Positions 30,336 through 40,422 of a stretch of DNA of 64,000 bases are shown here, piece by piece. A program made the position numbers and the translations under genes. How positions within the stretch are numbered: the stretch's first letter is position 1; every line of letters begins with the position of its first letter. The notes beneath the pieces are model-generated. The model saw nothing but the letters and a program-made list of their open reading frames with translations, was not told where the DNA came from and did not search any database. Where the stretch lies: the IMG/VR virus record IMGVR_UViG_3300022752_000027, positions 32,001 through 96,000 of that record. One strand, written 5' to 3'. Origin of the DNA: a virus.

Positions 30336-31416
30336 CTACTTCCTCTGTTTTGGTTGTTTGCATATATTCTTCGTACGGCATTGGTACAATACTTACTCTA
30401 AGAAGATTATTCTCCTGTATCTCGCGCATTATACCATAGTCACTAACCTTATTAATTATTTTCTCTACCAGTGCACCGTAGATTTCCTCAGTAAGGCAGC
30501 TGTTTTCTTTGAATAAAGCCAACGCTTCTATATTATCTGCATGCTGTAGCTTTGCAACTGCTGCCATAAAAGTCTTATGCGCCTTGGTATTACGATGTTT
30601 ATAATAAGCAATGGCATAATTTACTTCTTTAAGCAGCTTCCAGATATAATAAGACGATGGACTTATGTTACAGTTATATAACATGTTCATTGCTACAGAC
30701 TTATCTTCATCACTACCACGGAGCATCATTAGTAATGTATCATAGATATCTTGATCTATAGTAACCTTATCTATTCCCTTGAATAAACTATTGACACTAA
30801 CAACAGGTAGTTTTTTAGACAGCATTGTATACAGAATGAAGGCACCATCATCGGTGATATATTTTCTTCTACGTTCATTAGCATACATTGTCCAGTCTTC
30901 ATACCTACTGTTAAGTTCTTTGGTATACATTACACAAGTTTGCTGGTTAAGATAATCAGGACTAACCCCTGCTCTAGAAGACATGAAATTTATAAATTCA
31001 TTCTTAAGACCAACACCACAATCCTCAAATTCTAGGACATTAGTATGCCCATCTATTAATAGTGCCCTAGAATCTACAGCATGATCATACATTGAAGCAT
31101 AATCTGCTATATGATCATTGCCAATAATGAAATTTGCATTACTAATATCATTAGTAATCTTAAGCTCATACCTTTTGCAAATCTCTTTAATGTCATCTTT
31201 CTTAAGATTATTCTTTGGCAAGATAAATCCTTTGGCACCTTTAGGTATACTGGTTATATCTGTATACGTAGTAAAGACTTTATGTATCTTACTATAATTA
31301 TCATCATTAAGAAAATGAACATTATAGTGCATACCAGGTCTGAGCATTAGCCCAGACCTTTCAATAAACTTTAATCTACTTAATTGTTCCTCTGTTAATT
31401 TTATGCTTCTCTGCAT
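30328..31416 (-). CDS. MoxR-operon associated protein, possible BRCT-like N-terminal region
   Basis: KITNDISNANFIIG segment; C-terminal helical motif shared with 33771..34205. Confidence 0.5.
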   Translation of the reverse strand: MQRSIKLTEEQLSRLKFIERSGLMLRPGMHYNVHFLNDDNYSKIHKVFTTYTDITSIPKGAKGFILPKNNLKKDDIKEICKRYELKITNDISNANFIIGNDHIADYASMYDHAVDSRALLIDGHTNVLEFEDCGVGLKNEFINFMSSRAGVSPDYLNQQTCVMYTKELNSRYEDWTMYANERRRKYITDDGAFILYTMLSKKLPVVSVNSLFKGIDKVTIDQDIYDTLLMMLRGSDEDKSVAMNMLYNCNISPSSYYIWKLLKEVNYAIAYYKHRNTKAHKTFMAAVAKLQHADNIEALALFKENSCLTEEIYGALVEKIINKVSDYGIMREIQENNLLRVSIVPMPYEEYMQTTKTEEVDV

Positions 31417-31422
31417 ACATTA

Positions 31423-32592
31423 TTATTTTACGGCCATTTTAACGATTTCAGGATCAATCATAAGCTTAGTAAACTTGGCTTTATTACCATTGATTACATT
31501 CTTAATGATGTGATATTTAATGTCATTAGTAAATACATCGGCAGTTACTATATTCTTTACGCGCTCTAGGATCTTATCTGTTACTGTCTCTGTATTACTA
31601 TAGTTAACAGTATAATTAATAAGACGAGTAGCTAGAACACTTGCAATGTCAGCACGATAATTAGAACCTGTTCCAATTGTTTCATACATCTCAGACTTGA
31701 TGTTATCCCAGTTCTGATTCAGGAGAATCTGATTAGGAGAAATCATCTTGTCAAGCTTGTTATTGATAAACATTGTAAACATTGTACCGAATGTCTCACC
31801 TACAGAACCTTCTGCAATAAATTGAATCATTGGAAGATTGTTCTCGAAAGAATCAAAGCTACTAATAGAGTTAAAGAATGTAGTAATACTACGAGCATTT
31901 GTTTCTTTAGTAACTAGCTCTGGATGCAACAATAGGAAGTTGATACAACGAGTATCTAGCTTTGCAGATTCTGCCCATTTTGCCCAGCAATCTATATCAA
32001 ACTTAAGATTGGCTGTAATAAAACGAGTCTTCTGTGCAACGTCAATAGATGTTACATTGTAATCACCATTGTCAGGATTTGTAGTCAAGATGATGTGCCA
32101 ATCTTTAGGAAGCTTCCATGAGATATATTCTTGACGGTCAATCAAATCCATACAAGCCTGTAGGAATCTTGAATCAGCACGAGTATAGTCATCTAAGATA
32201 AGAATACCACCTTCTCCTTTACCTTGAATCCATTCAGGAGCAGCATGGGTCATTCTCTTCTCACCTGTTGGTACATACTTGTTCTGGATATACAGAGGCA
32301 GAGTATTCTCAGGAACCCATTTAGTTACATCATCTTTCTTAATCTCAAATTCCTTCATAGGAAAACCGGTCAAGTCACCAATCTCCTCGATCTGAGCAAG
32401 ATTTAACTTTACTACATGTAGTCCTAAATCTTTACCTATCTCCAAAATTGTACTTGTCTTACCGATACCTGCCTCACCCTCAACAGCAACAGCTACTGGA
32501 ATCTTTCCATTCTGTTGAAGATATCTATTGTTAGATACAATATGATTGATGAAGTCTTTAAGTTCTGAAGTATTTAAATTTACTTGTGCCAT
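31423..32592 (-). CDS. MoxR-like AAA+ ATPase
   Basis: Walker A GEAGIGKT, Walker B ILILDDYTR, and TTNP; adjacent to the VWA gene. Confidence 0.85.
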   Translation of the reverse strand: MAQVNLNTSELKDFINHIVSNNRYLQQNGKIPVAVAVEGEAGIGKTSTILEIGKDLGLHVVKLNLAQIEEIGDLTGFPMKEFEIKKDDVTKWVPENTLPLYIQNKYVPTGEKRMTHAAPEWIQGKGEGGILILDDYTRADSRFLQACMDLIDRQEYISWKLPKDWHIILTTNPDNGDYNVTSIDVAQKTRFITANLKFDIDCWAKWAESAKLDTRCINFLLLHPELVTKETNARSITTFFNSISSFDSFENNLPMIQFIAEGSVGETFGTMFTMFINNKLDKMISPNQILLNQNWDNIKSEMYETIGTGSNYRADIASVLATRLINYTVNYSNTETVTDKILERVKNIVTADVFTNDIKYHIIKNVINGNKAKFTKLMIDPEIVKMAVK

Positions 32593-32593
32593 G

Positions 32594-33796
32594 TTAGTTT
32601 AATTTAATTTGTGGTCCTTTTAATGATTTGTTTATGCTGCCACGGGTAGATATTACCCAAAGCATTTTACCTTTTACATTTATATCTGTATCACATTCGC
32701 CATCAGTAAGATAGAGAAGACACGTATACTTTCCAGTATTTGCATTATAATATTCTAATACAGGATCAAAACTAGTTCCACCTCTTCCGTGAACTACTAA
32801 TTCTTGACCGCTTTTATATTCTCCAATATAACTTATAGCTGTATCACATTGTATGACTGTGATATCACTACCCGTTCTATTAATGTGATCTATCTCATGA
32901 AAGAATTCTTTTAACTCTTTATCAGAAACAGATCCGCTTGTATCAATTGCCACGAGAACATGTCGGCGTTGCTTAATCTTCAGACCTGGATTCTCCTCAA
33001 ATCTTTTATTAAACTTACGTCTAAGCTTTTTGGTATATACCTTTTGAGAACCTCCGGTAAATCTTCTAAGATAACCCTTCCAATCAAACTTTGGTGGTTC
33101 CTTTACATTTAATTTCTCTAGAATATTCTTTAGTTCTCCTGGTATATTACCCCTTGACTTTTCTACTTGATCTTTAATCTCAGACAGAATATGCTCTGTT
33201 TGCTTTTCAATCAGTTTCTTTTCTGCATCACTGAGGTTTTCAAATTCACCCCATGATTCATGATCAGGTATCATGTCTCCCATTTGTGTATGGGATTGAC
33301 CAGAACCCTGACCATCTAGCATCTCTTTAATTCTCTTACTAGCAGAACTATCAGGATTATTATCAAGTTCATCCTTAATCAGATCATAGTAGGTACGCCA
33401 ACCTACTTTTTCTGGAAGATCCATTCCAACAAACGGTTCTGTATAAATAGTGCAGCCACCAAGAGGTAGATTATTTATATCAATATATTGATTAATCTCT
33501 AGGTCCATTGCAATATTAGCCAGCCTTGCCTCATACCCAGGATGTTCAGAACAGATATGAAAGAATGCAATATGTAGCAACTCATGCTTTAATAACCCGA
33601 GCTTATGGGGATCAGATAGTGACCCCCAAAACTCTGGATTAATTATAAGCTGATAGTTAATATTGTTCTTAGCAACACCTGCTGTGGGTACCTTATCAGA
33701 CCATACTTTATTTAGACTAATCAAAAACAAACCATAGAATGGTTCTTTAAGCATTAGTTCTTTACTGGTTCTAGCCAGTGAATCTTGATGATTCAT
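32594..33796 (-). CDS. Metallopeptidase-VWA domain protein (DUF2201-like)
   Basis: HELLH...DLEIN in the N-terminal region; MIDAS motif DTSGS plus GRGGTSF and YLTDG. Confidence 0.85.
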   Translation of the reverse strand: MNHQDSLARTSKELMLKEPFYGLFLISLNKVWSDKVPTAGVAKNNINYQLIINPEFWGSLSDPHKLGLLKHELLHIAFFHICSEHPGYEARLANIAMDLEINQYIDINNLPLGGCTIYTEPFVGMDLPEKVGWRTYYDLIKDELDNNPDSSASKRIKEMLDGQGSGQSHTQMGDMIPDHESWGEFENLSDAEKKLIEKQTEHILSEIKDQVEKSRGNIPGELKNILEKLNVKEPPKFDWKGYLRRFTGGSQKVYTKKLRRKFNKRFEENPGLKIKQRRHVLVAIDTSGSVSDKELKEFFHEIDHINRTGSDITVIQCDTAISYIGEYKSGQELVVHGRGGTSFDPVLEYYNANTGKYTCLLYLTDGECDTDINVKGKMLWVISTRGSINKSLKGPQIKLN

Positions 33797-34205
33797 TCTT
33801 AATAGGTATTAGTTTTAAATTAAAATCACTTAGGAAACTGAATCCCCATTCCATCATGTTTCTTTTTATGGAAACCGAAAACTTATCTAAGAAATATTCC
33901 ATAGCTTCATCCGAAACATTATGGTAAGTTATCTCATTATAGAGTGCATTATATGAAACCATGGTACCAAAATCTATATGTCTACAGATTAAAGCTAACT
34001 GGTTAACTATAGTCTCCATAAATACAGTTTGTCTACATTCTGTATTTGCTTCTTTATACATAATCAATAGATACGGCAAGTTTTGTACTACATCTATATG
34101 CCGTATTGTTTCTGTAGCAATAGTAAGGTTATCTCTATCGCTACTCTGCATCATTTTAAGAATGTTATCACAAATTTCAGGTGTTAACTTTAATTCATTA
34201 GTCAT
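33771..34205 (-). CDS. Hypothetical protein, partial paralog of the C-terminal region of 30328..31416
   Basis: Shared motif D-xxxx-MM-x-S-D-x-D/N followed by an amphipathic helix. Confidence 0.55.
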   Translation of the reverse strand: MTNELKLTPEICDNILKMMQSSDRDNLTIATETIRHIDVVQNLPYLLIMYKEANTECRQTVFMETIVNQLALICRHIDFGTMVSYNALYNEITYHNVSDEAMEYFLDKFSVSIKRNMMEWGFSFLSDFNLKLIPIKNESSRFTG

Positions 34206-34539
34206 TGATATTCAATGTTTTAAGCATCCACGGTTGTGGATTATTCATAAATAATATCCATTCTCTTGCACTTGGTATGTAACCATTGCAGTCTTCTTTT
34301 ACATGTTGTTCTCCAACATAACGGGTGTAAACTTTCTTACCATCAGAATTGATGAAGGAAGCACCAAAGATTCTTTCACATTCAAATATTCCCTCACTGT
34401 GATGACGGAATAGACGATGCATACTATGACCATACCAGGCCTTAGTTTCATCAAACCAATCATGAATGTCTGTGTAATCTTCTAGTTTACCACCCCATTT
34501 TTTGACAGAACTTTTTGCATGTTCATGGGGATGTGCCAT
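34198..34539 (-). CDS. DUF6915-like His-rich protein
   Basis: HPHEHAKSS..KWGG..DY..IHDWFDETK...HR..RHH.EGI...EQHVKED...IPS pattern. Confidence 0.7.
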   Translation of the reverse strand: MAHPHEHAKSSVKKWGGKLEDYTDIHDWFDETKAWYGHSMHRLFRHHSEGIFECERIFGASFINSDGKKVYTRYVGEQHVKEDCNGYIPSAREWILFMNNPQPWMLKTLNIND

Positions 34540-34542
34540 AAT

Positions 34543-34905
34543 CTAAATATCAATTTCTCCAACGATAGATGTTAACTCTCCAGATTCACTGTTAGGTTCT
34601 TCTACAAACTGGACACCTTCAATGTCCCATTCTTTTTCTTTAAAATTCATATGTAATGTACCCCTACCACCCTCATTATTATACCAATCATAACTATAGT
34701 GGTTAAGAATTATACGTTCTCCAATTCTCTGTATAATATCTATAATACGTTCGTCATCTACATCAATCTCATATTTTTCCTCGTCATAATATCTCCATTC
34801 ATCTATGTCACCACTATCTCCACCACCAGAAAAATCTACTTCTACTTTATAAATACCTGCTTCTTTTACAGCCATCATAGCTGATACAATCTGTGCGTCC
34901 GTCAT
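34543..34905 (-). CDS. DUF6878-like acidic protein
   Basis: FSGGGDSG and WYNNEGGRG motifs; adjacent to the DUF6915-like gene. Confidence 0.65.
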   Translation of the reverse strand: MTDAQIVSAMMAVKEAGIYKVEVDFSGGGDSGDIDEWRYYDEEKYEIDVDDERIIDIIQRIGERIILNHYSYDWYNNEGGRGTLHMNFKEKEWDIEGVQFVEEPNSESGELTSIVGEIDI

Positions 34906-35324
34906 TTGTTTTGCTTATAAAATTTACCAAGAATATTTCCGTTAAGCCACCTGTCTGATTCTAAAACTTCAAATTTGAATTGATACTTTGTCTCATTATA
35001 AGACAGTTCAGATTTAGAATAACAGATTTTAAGGATGGATCTCTTGATAATTATACCATCCTTATGTGCTTGCTTTAAGACATCATTACTACTGTAGTAG
35101 TTCTGATATGTAGATTTACGTACACGTTTGTACGTCTTCTTACGCTTATCCGTAGGCAGTGCCTTCTTACTAAGCTTGGTTTTTACATCTGCAAAAAAGT
35201 TTTTCTTACCTATGTAGGCAACAGCTTTGTTATTTATTGTTGCTTCCATAATGTATATAAAACCGATTGCACCTTCAGGAATCATGTCTTCTGTAAACAT
35301 GACTCCATTATATATCCAACTCAT
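34902..35324 (-). CDS. GIY-YIG family endonuclease
   Basis: GFIY...YIGKK, YYSS, conserved E, and a C-terminal NGNI. Confidence 0.7.
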   Translation of the reverse strand: MSWIYNGVMFTEDMIPEGAIGFIYIMEATINNKAVAYIGKKNFFADVKTKLSKKALPTDKRKKTYKRVRKSTYQNYYSSNDVLKQAHKDGIIIKRSILKICYSKSELSYNETKYQFKFEVLESDRWLNGNILGKFYKQNK

Positions 35325-36289
35325 TTGAGTAAACTATTTTTAAGGATTGGTCTAAGAATTCTATCTACTGTATCAATACCATGAACTTTAATAGAATCAG
35401 ATAAATCCTTTTCTAGATTTAAATGTATACCTGGTATCTGATACAATGCATTATACTTTGCCATTGCCTCTATACCAACCTTATCATTATCAAGTAAAGT
35501 ACAAATAGATTTATACTTTATTTTATATAGATCAATTACCTCTTTACGAATTATACTATTCTCACTGTCCGGCGCAATAACCTCTACAGGATATCCCATA
35601 GAGTCTATAGACATTGCATCCTTAAGAGAACTACATATTATCAAATACGGTTTTGTAAACTGCAGCTGATCAGTACCTTGCAGATAGTCTCTGACTTTTA
35701 TGAATTTATAATCCAAACTCTTGGGTCGGTATATCTTACATATCTGATTATTTGAGTTATAATAACCATACATATAATTACCCTTTACATCAAACCCGGG
35801 CTTATCAATACAAGTAAATGCATAGTATTCAATAGGCTTTACATTAAATTTCTCAAGTGTCTCAGAACCTATGTTATACTGCAGCCAATATGCGGCGTCA
35901 AGATTATTCCAAGACCTTGTTACGACAGTAGATAATTCATATTTGTTTTCTTCAACAATAGGACTTATGTAATAGCCATTCTTATTTTTTTCCAGGAATA
36001 CTGCATAGTCTTTCATTATCATCTGAACTGTCTCAGGATATTCTAGCTTATATAAATCTGAAACAAGATTTACATCACTGCCACCATAGCCAGTAGAAAA
36101 GTCTTTCCATTTATACTTACCGTCTTTATAATAGATATAAAAACTTGGGTTAGTATCCTTATGATTAAACAAGGATTTCATCTTAATACTTTGACCTGTA
36201 AGTTTTTCAGTTAGCTTACAGTAATACTCATATATCCATGTAGATGGAACTTCATCTATTGAAACTACTATAGATTTTGTACTAAGCAT
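35321..36289 (-). CDS. DNA primase (crAss-like DnaG/TOPRIM)
   Basis: N-terminal ZBD-like region (SLFNHKDTNPSF, WKDFSTG), TOPRIM motifs SSLKD and DND, and KDLSD. Confidence 0.85.
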   Translation of the reverse strand: MLSTKSIVVSIDEVPSTWIYEYYCKLTEKLTGQSIKMKSLFNHKDTNPSFYIYYKDGKYKWKDFSTGYGGSDVNLVSDLYKLEYPETVQMIMKDYAVFLEKNKNGYYISPIVEENKYELSTVVTRSWNNLDAAYWLQYNIGSETLEKFNVKPIEYYAFTCIDKPGFDVKGNYMYGYYNSNNQICKIYRPKSLDYKFIKVRDYLQGTDQLQFTKPYLIICSSLKDAMSIDSMGYPVEVIAPDSENSIIRKEVIDLYKIKYKSICTLLDNDKVGIEAMAKYNALYQIPGIHLNLEKDLSDSIKVHGIDTVDRILRPILKNSLLK

Positions 36290-36302
36290 GTTGTAAAAAA
36301 TT

Positions 36303-36330
36303 AAAGGGGACAGATAATTCTGCCCCCTTT
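36303..36330 (-). terminator. Intrinsic terminator
   Basis: AAAGGGGACAG-ATAATT-CTGCCCCCTTT hairpin downstream of the SSB gene. Confidence 0.6.
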
Positions 36331-36350
36331 GTTAATCAACAATTTAATTA

Positions 36351-37040
36351 CTACAACTCAAAGTCATCAGCCAGAGACTTCTTTGTTGTATTTTCACCAA
36401 AAGTTTTAACCTCTACGGTTTTGCTTTTCTTAATGTGAACTTCAGTATTGAACTTTACTACCTTACTCTTTACTTCATCGATACTAGCACTTTCATATGC
36501 TATACCATCCTTAGACCATTTGGGAAAATAAAGATCGTGATTAGTATAACCAGCCTTGTTCTGATATTCTTTGCCTGCAATACATACACGCAAAAACTTA
36601 TTAGCAAAAGGTTTGTCTTGATTAAACTGATTAACTAATGAATCAACTGTATCATGCTTCTCATCTTGAGATTCTAACCATGCAAGTGAACCAGTCTCTT
36701 TACATAGATTCTTAACTGCTTTTAGGATCTCCTCATCTCTTACAATGACATTACCCTTTGGAGTTGTAGCATCTGCAAATGGATACTCGGTAAGCTTTAC
36801 ACGACCTACCTGACCTTCATGACGACCCAAACCTGGGTTATCTTTATCAATATAAAATCCTTCAAAGTCATCACCTAATGCAGGACCTTCAACATCTAGA
36901 ATGATATTGAAAGCTTCCTTATTATAGGGTGTTGCTTCAAGTCGGATATTATAAATTTTTACATTTGCATTACCGGGAGATAATGTCTTTGCTACTGAGG
37001 ACGATGATCCGTTTTCTTTAATGTTTTTTGTACTAATCAT
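36351..37040 (-). CDS. Putative single-stranded DNA-binding protein
   Basis: Beta-rich sequence with an acidic tail (DDFEL), lying between the AAA_24 ATPase and primase. Start placed at MISTKN to avoid overlap. Confidence 0.6.
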   Translation of the reverse strand: MISTKNIKENGSSSSVAKTLSPGNANVKIYNIRLEATPYNKEAFNIILDVEGPALGDDFEGFYIDKDNPGLGRHEGQVGRVKLTEYPFADATTPKGNVIVRDEEILKAVKNLCKETGSLAWLESQDEKHDTVDSLVNQFNQDKPFANKFLRVCIAGKEYQNKAGYTNHDLYFPKWSKDGIAYESASIDEVKSKVVKFNTEVHIKKSKTVEVKTFGENTTKKSLADDFEL

Positions 37041-37050
37041 GGTTTTAAAT

Positions 37051-37794
37051 TTAGTCGATGAAGATTTGAGACCAGTCAACTGTTACGCTACCGTCCTCAT
37101 TAATTTTTGAAATTTCAAATTCTTTATTCTTTAAATGAATAGGTCTAGCACCACAAGATACATCATCCTTGGTTTTAAAACTAAGAATGTTAGTATCTCC
37201 ACGTCGGTACAAATAACCTATAGCATCAGAGTGCTGCATGATAATTCTTTTAAGTTTACCTGTTAGGTCTAAATCCATTGATGTGAATTCAGATCCGTTC
37301 TTTTCCAGCAGCACATCCTTTACGTGACCAGCAAGAATAACTCTTGGTGCCCATTTCTTAATATAAGCAATAATTGTAGAGAATGCTTCACGAAGCCAAG
37401 GATAACCGGCACCATTAGGTAGGTTAAGTATGTTGCCATACTTAGGCTTACCCTCTGAAAACCAGTTCTTTCCCATTGGAGATTGAGAATAAAGTTCCTC
37501 TGCAAATGGGACACAAATTTCTTCTAAAGCAGTAATTGTATCTACAGCTACGTACTTATAGGGATAACCTGCATCCTTAATTGCTTTACCAATTGCTTTA
37601 ATTTCATCTACATTAGATGCACCAATCTTTAAAGCCTCAACATACTTAGAACCAGATTCTAAATCTAGGATTAGGCAATCAGGTAGATCAGCAAATAACG
37701 TAGTCTTACCTACCTTAGGCTTGCTAAATATTACAAGATTCTCTGGACTTGACGTATCAGGCTTCTGTTTCTTTGTTGGCAATACAATTTCCAT
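37051..37794 (-). CDS. AAA_24/Sak4-like ATPase
   Basis: SKPKVGKT, LDLESG, VDTIT, LAGHVK and DAIGY motifs. Confidence 0.8.
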   Translation of the reverse strand: MEIVLPTKKQKPDTSSPENLVIFSKPKVGKTTLFADLPDCLILDLESGSKYVEALKIGASNVDEIKAIGKAIKDAGYPYKYVAVDTITALEEICVPFAEELYSQSPMGKNWFSEGKPKYGNILNLPNGAGYPWLREAFSTIIAYIKKWAPRVILAGHVKDVLLEKNGSEFTSMDLDLTGKLKRIIMQHSDAIGYLYRRGDTNILSFKTKDDVSCGARPIHLKNKEFEISKINEDGSVTVDWSQIFID

Positions 37795-38339
37795 TAGCTT
37801 TTAATTATTTGATTTAGCCACTTCTTTCTACTTACAGGTTTCTGCAACATGATTGCTGCTAAATCTCTAAGAGTTATTCTATCCAGGGGACAGTCCTCAT
37901 CTGGATCCATGATCTCATCAAATGTATCAAATGTGATTATATCAGATTCAGTTGCTTCAATCTTTGTAGAAACTGTAACTGCTTCTAATTCACTAACCGG
38001 TACAAGATATCTACGATCACTGCTGTTTTCTAATTCAACAGAATCATATTCTTCTTCCCAATATTTATTGTATCTCCACTTATACAAGGTTCTTTCCTCT
38101 GTCTCAGGTTCAAATTCTTTATTTACAAACTCCGTGTAAATATCCTGTCCCTTCTTTAGCTGACTTGGAAATAAACTAACATGCAATTCATTCTTTGTAT
38201 ATGGCTTATATGCCATCGTAGGTACAAACAGTGGATCATCTATACCGAGTGCCTCAAAAGTTTTTTGATGATACTCTACAAGATTTTGCATCCTAGCTTT
38301 TTTGTCAAGCAGGTTTTTCTTTTCTTGAGTCTTAATCAT
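37794..38339 (-). CDS. Hypothetical replication-module protein
   Basis: Coupled ORF ending TLRDLAAI...KPVSRKKWLN. Confidence 0.6.
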   Translation of the reverse strand: MIKTQEKKNLLDKKARMQNLVEYHQKTFEALGIDDPLFVPTMAYKPYTKNELHVSLFPSQLKKGQDIYTEFVNKEFEPETEERTLYKWRYNKYWEEEYDSVELENSSDRRYLVPVSELEAVTVSTKIEATESDIITFDTFDEIMDPDEDCPLDRITLRDLAAIMLQKPVSRKKWLNQIIKS

Positions 38340-39328
38340 TATTTTGTATTTAAACGTTTTTCTTGCTTCGGTGGTGTCGGTATTTCTACTACAGTCATAC
38401 TTTCAAAATTACCTCTGAAGAAACTCATTCTGGTATCACCATTCCTGCATTTCAGAAAGTGCATTACCATAACTCTTTCATCATCAATAATATATCTTTC
38501 AGGACCGTAGTACCGAATCTTGAAATACCCTGGTCTGTTTAGACCAACAACTACGTCAGCATGCTGAAGCAAAGCATCGGCACCCATAAGATCTGAAGAT
38601 AAGATATAGTTACCAGCCCTACCATCTTCATTTCTCTCTGGATTATCAATGTTTCTATTAAGCTGACTTAAAATAATAAATGCAATAGGATATCTTCTCT
38701 TAAGTTTTGTAAGAGTTTCTGCAAATTCATAAAGCATATCCTGCTTATTCTGTCCATTGCTTACCTTAAGCAGGTACGAATGGTCAAGAGTAATTATCGT
38801 ATTGACATATCTTGGAATCTCTCCTTCTGCATTAATGTGACTTTCCATGTAATCAATGATTACATCTTCAATCTCCTTAACAGTCATCGGAGTTTCTACT
38901 ACGTCAATAGGATACTTTACTCTAATCTTTGCATAGTCATAGCATTTTAAAAGAGTTTCATCATCTAGCTGACCATTAGCACTACATAAATCTTTGTATG
39001 ATCTATTAACCACACTAGAGAATTCACGCAATGCTGTTACTCTGGAAAGCATCTCGAACTGAAATTCTAATATCCTAAATTCTTCACCTTTATTCAGTAC
39101 AAATGCACTATTTACAATATTGTCTTTTACTAAAGTCTTACCTGCACCAGACCTACCTGCGATAACAGTTAGAGTATTCCATTCTATACCGTCGGTAGAT
39201 GCATCATTAAATTTAGGCCAAGGAGTTCTGATACTACGTATCTTACCCTCTTTCCTTCCTTTCATGTATTCTAGTGCCTGGACAAAACCATCTTTCTGCC
39301 CTTTCCAAGCATGATTTTTTTCTGCCAT
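38339..39328 (-). CDS. dnaB: DnaB-like SF4 replicative helicase (ATPase domain only)
   Basis: AGRSGAGKT, FEM, LDH, LSQLNR, SDL...HAD and KCRNG motifs. Confidence 0.9.
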   Translation of the reverse strand: MAEKNHAWKGQKDGFVQALEYMKGRKEGKIRSIRTPWPKFNDASTDGIEWNTLTVIAGRSGAGKTLVKDNIVNSAFVLNKGEEFRILEFQFEMLSRVTALREFSSVVNRSYKDLCSANGQLDDETLLKCYDYAKIRVKYPIDVVETPMTVKEIEDVIIDYMESHINAEGEIPRYVNTIITLDHSYLLKVSNGQNKQDMLYEFAETLTKLKRRYPIAFIILSQLNRNIDNPERNEDGRAGNYILSSDLMGADALLQHADVVVGLNRPGYFKIRYYGPERYIIDDERVMVMHFLKCRNGDTRMSFFRGNFESMTVVEIPTPPKQEKRLNTK

Positions 39329-39363
39329 TATACTGAAAATGAGATTGTTACCGGACCAGTAAC

Positions 39364-39561
39364 TTAGAATGATTCTAGGACTTTCCGGGATATAAAGCTA
39401 TAACCTTTACTGAATAATTCCAAGAGAATACTGATAAAAATTATTTCCAAAAAACTAATCTGAATGTGCAATATATCGATACTAATTCTCCAGACAATTA
39501 CATGCAACAAGAGCATGATGGATAACATCATTACTACAGCCGCCAACTTTCTATAATTCAT
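39364..39561 (-). CDS. Small membrane protein
   Basis: Two hydrophobic helices. Confidence 0.5.
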   Translation of the reverse strand: MNYRKLAAVVMMLSIMLLLHVIVWRISIDILHIQISFLEIIFISILLELFSKGYSFISRKVLESF

Positions 39562-40136
39562 ACTACTTTTTCAGATATTGTGGCTTCATCTTCGTAACCA
39601 CCGTTTAATATAATTTCACAATAGCTTGCCAGATCAGAGTCTTTAGTCTTATCTGGATTAGTTTTACCTATAAAGTACTGTGAATTTCTCATGTACATAA
39701 ACTTCTGTTTCTCAAAACTATCCACATAATATGCTGTAGCTTTAAGTATTGTATCCCAACTGTAATCATAATTTTGGAAGAACCATTTAAATGCCTTTTC
39801 AATATCTCTTCTGTTTACTCTTGCAGACTTTCCACTGGGTAGTTTACCTCTAGGGAATAATTCCAAATACTGTGCAATAAAATCATCAGATACGATTGGC
39901 TTTTCCTCTACTATTTTCTCGTTGAATATGTCTTGTACCTTAGCTAATACCGTTTTACCATCCTCGGTTAAGGAATACTTTTCATCTAAAAGTTTTGTGG
40001 CAATAAGATTCCTCAGTTCTGCATGCGCATTTACTGACTTTGGCCTACGTTTATTGGCAATACACCATAAGATATGAAAAGCATTAGGAGTTACATCTAA
40101 CTCATCAAGGATATCGTAAAACTGTTTGATCATCAT
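39558..40136 (-). CDS. Putative replication initiator/helicase-loader-like protein
   Basis: wHTH-like N-terminus (YSLTEDG), a YLELFP..K motif, and location next to dnaB. Confidence 0.4.
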   Translation of the reverse strand: MMIKQFYDILDELDVTPNAFHILWCIANKRRPKSVNAHAELRNLIATKLLDEKYSLTEDGKTVLAKVQDIFNEKIVEEKPIVSDDFIAQYLELFPRGKLPSGKSARVNRRDIEKAFKWFFQNYDYSWDTILKATAYYVDSFEKQKFMYMRNSQYFIGKTNPDKTKDSDLASYCEIILNGGYEDEATISEKVV

Positions 40137-40422
40137 AGGTAAATCTTCTATCTAATGCATTCTGTGTATAATCAACCTCTCTAGTTCTAAATTTATGGGT
40201 AGTATCCAGCTCATTAGCAACCTCAGAAACTATTCTTTTTGCTGCACCATAATTGATCCCAAATATAGATAGAGCATCATACAATCCTTTTGCCTGTACA
40301 TATCTTTTATTACTAAAAATTATAAAAGTATACTCGCCATTATTGACGTTAAGATAACCACGAACAGATATGTATTCAGGAAGGGGTACATACTTTTTAG
40401 TAGGTAATTTTTCGGTTTCCAT
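40105..40422 (-). CDS. Hypothetical protein
   Basis: Co-directional ORF overlapping its neighbours. Confidence 0.5.
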   Translation of the reverse strand: METEKLPTKKYVPLPEYISVRGYLNVNNGEYTFIIFSNKRYVQAKGLYDALSIFGINYGAAKRIVSEVANELDTTHKFRTREVDYTQNALDRRFTYDDQTVLRYP

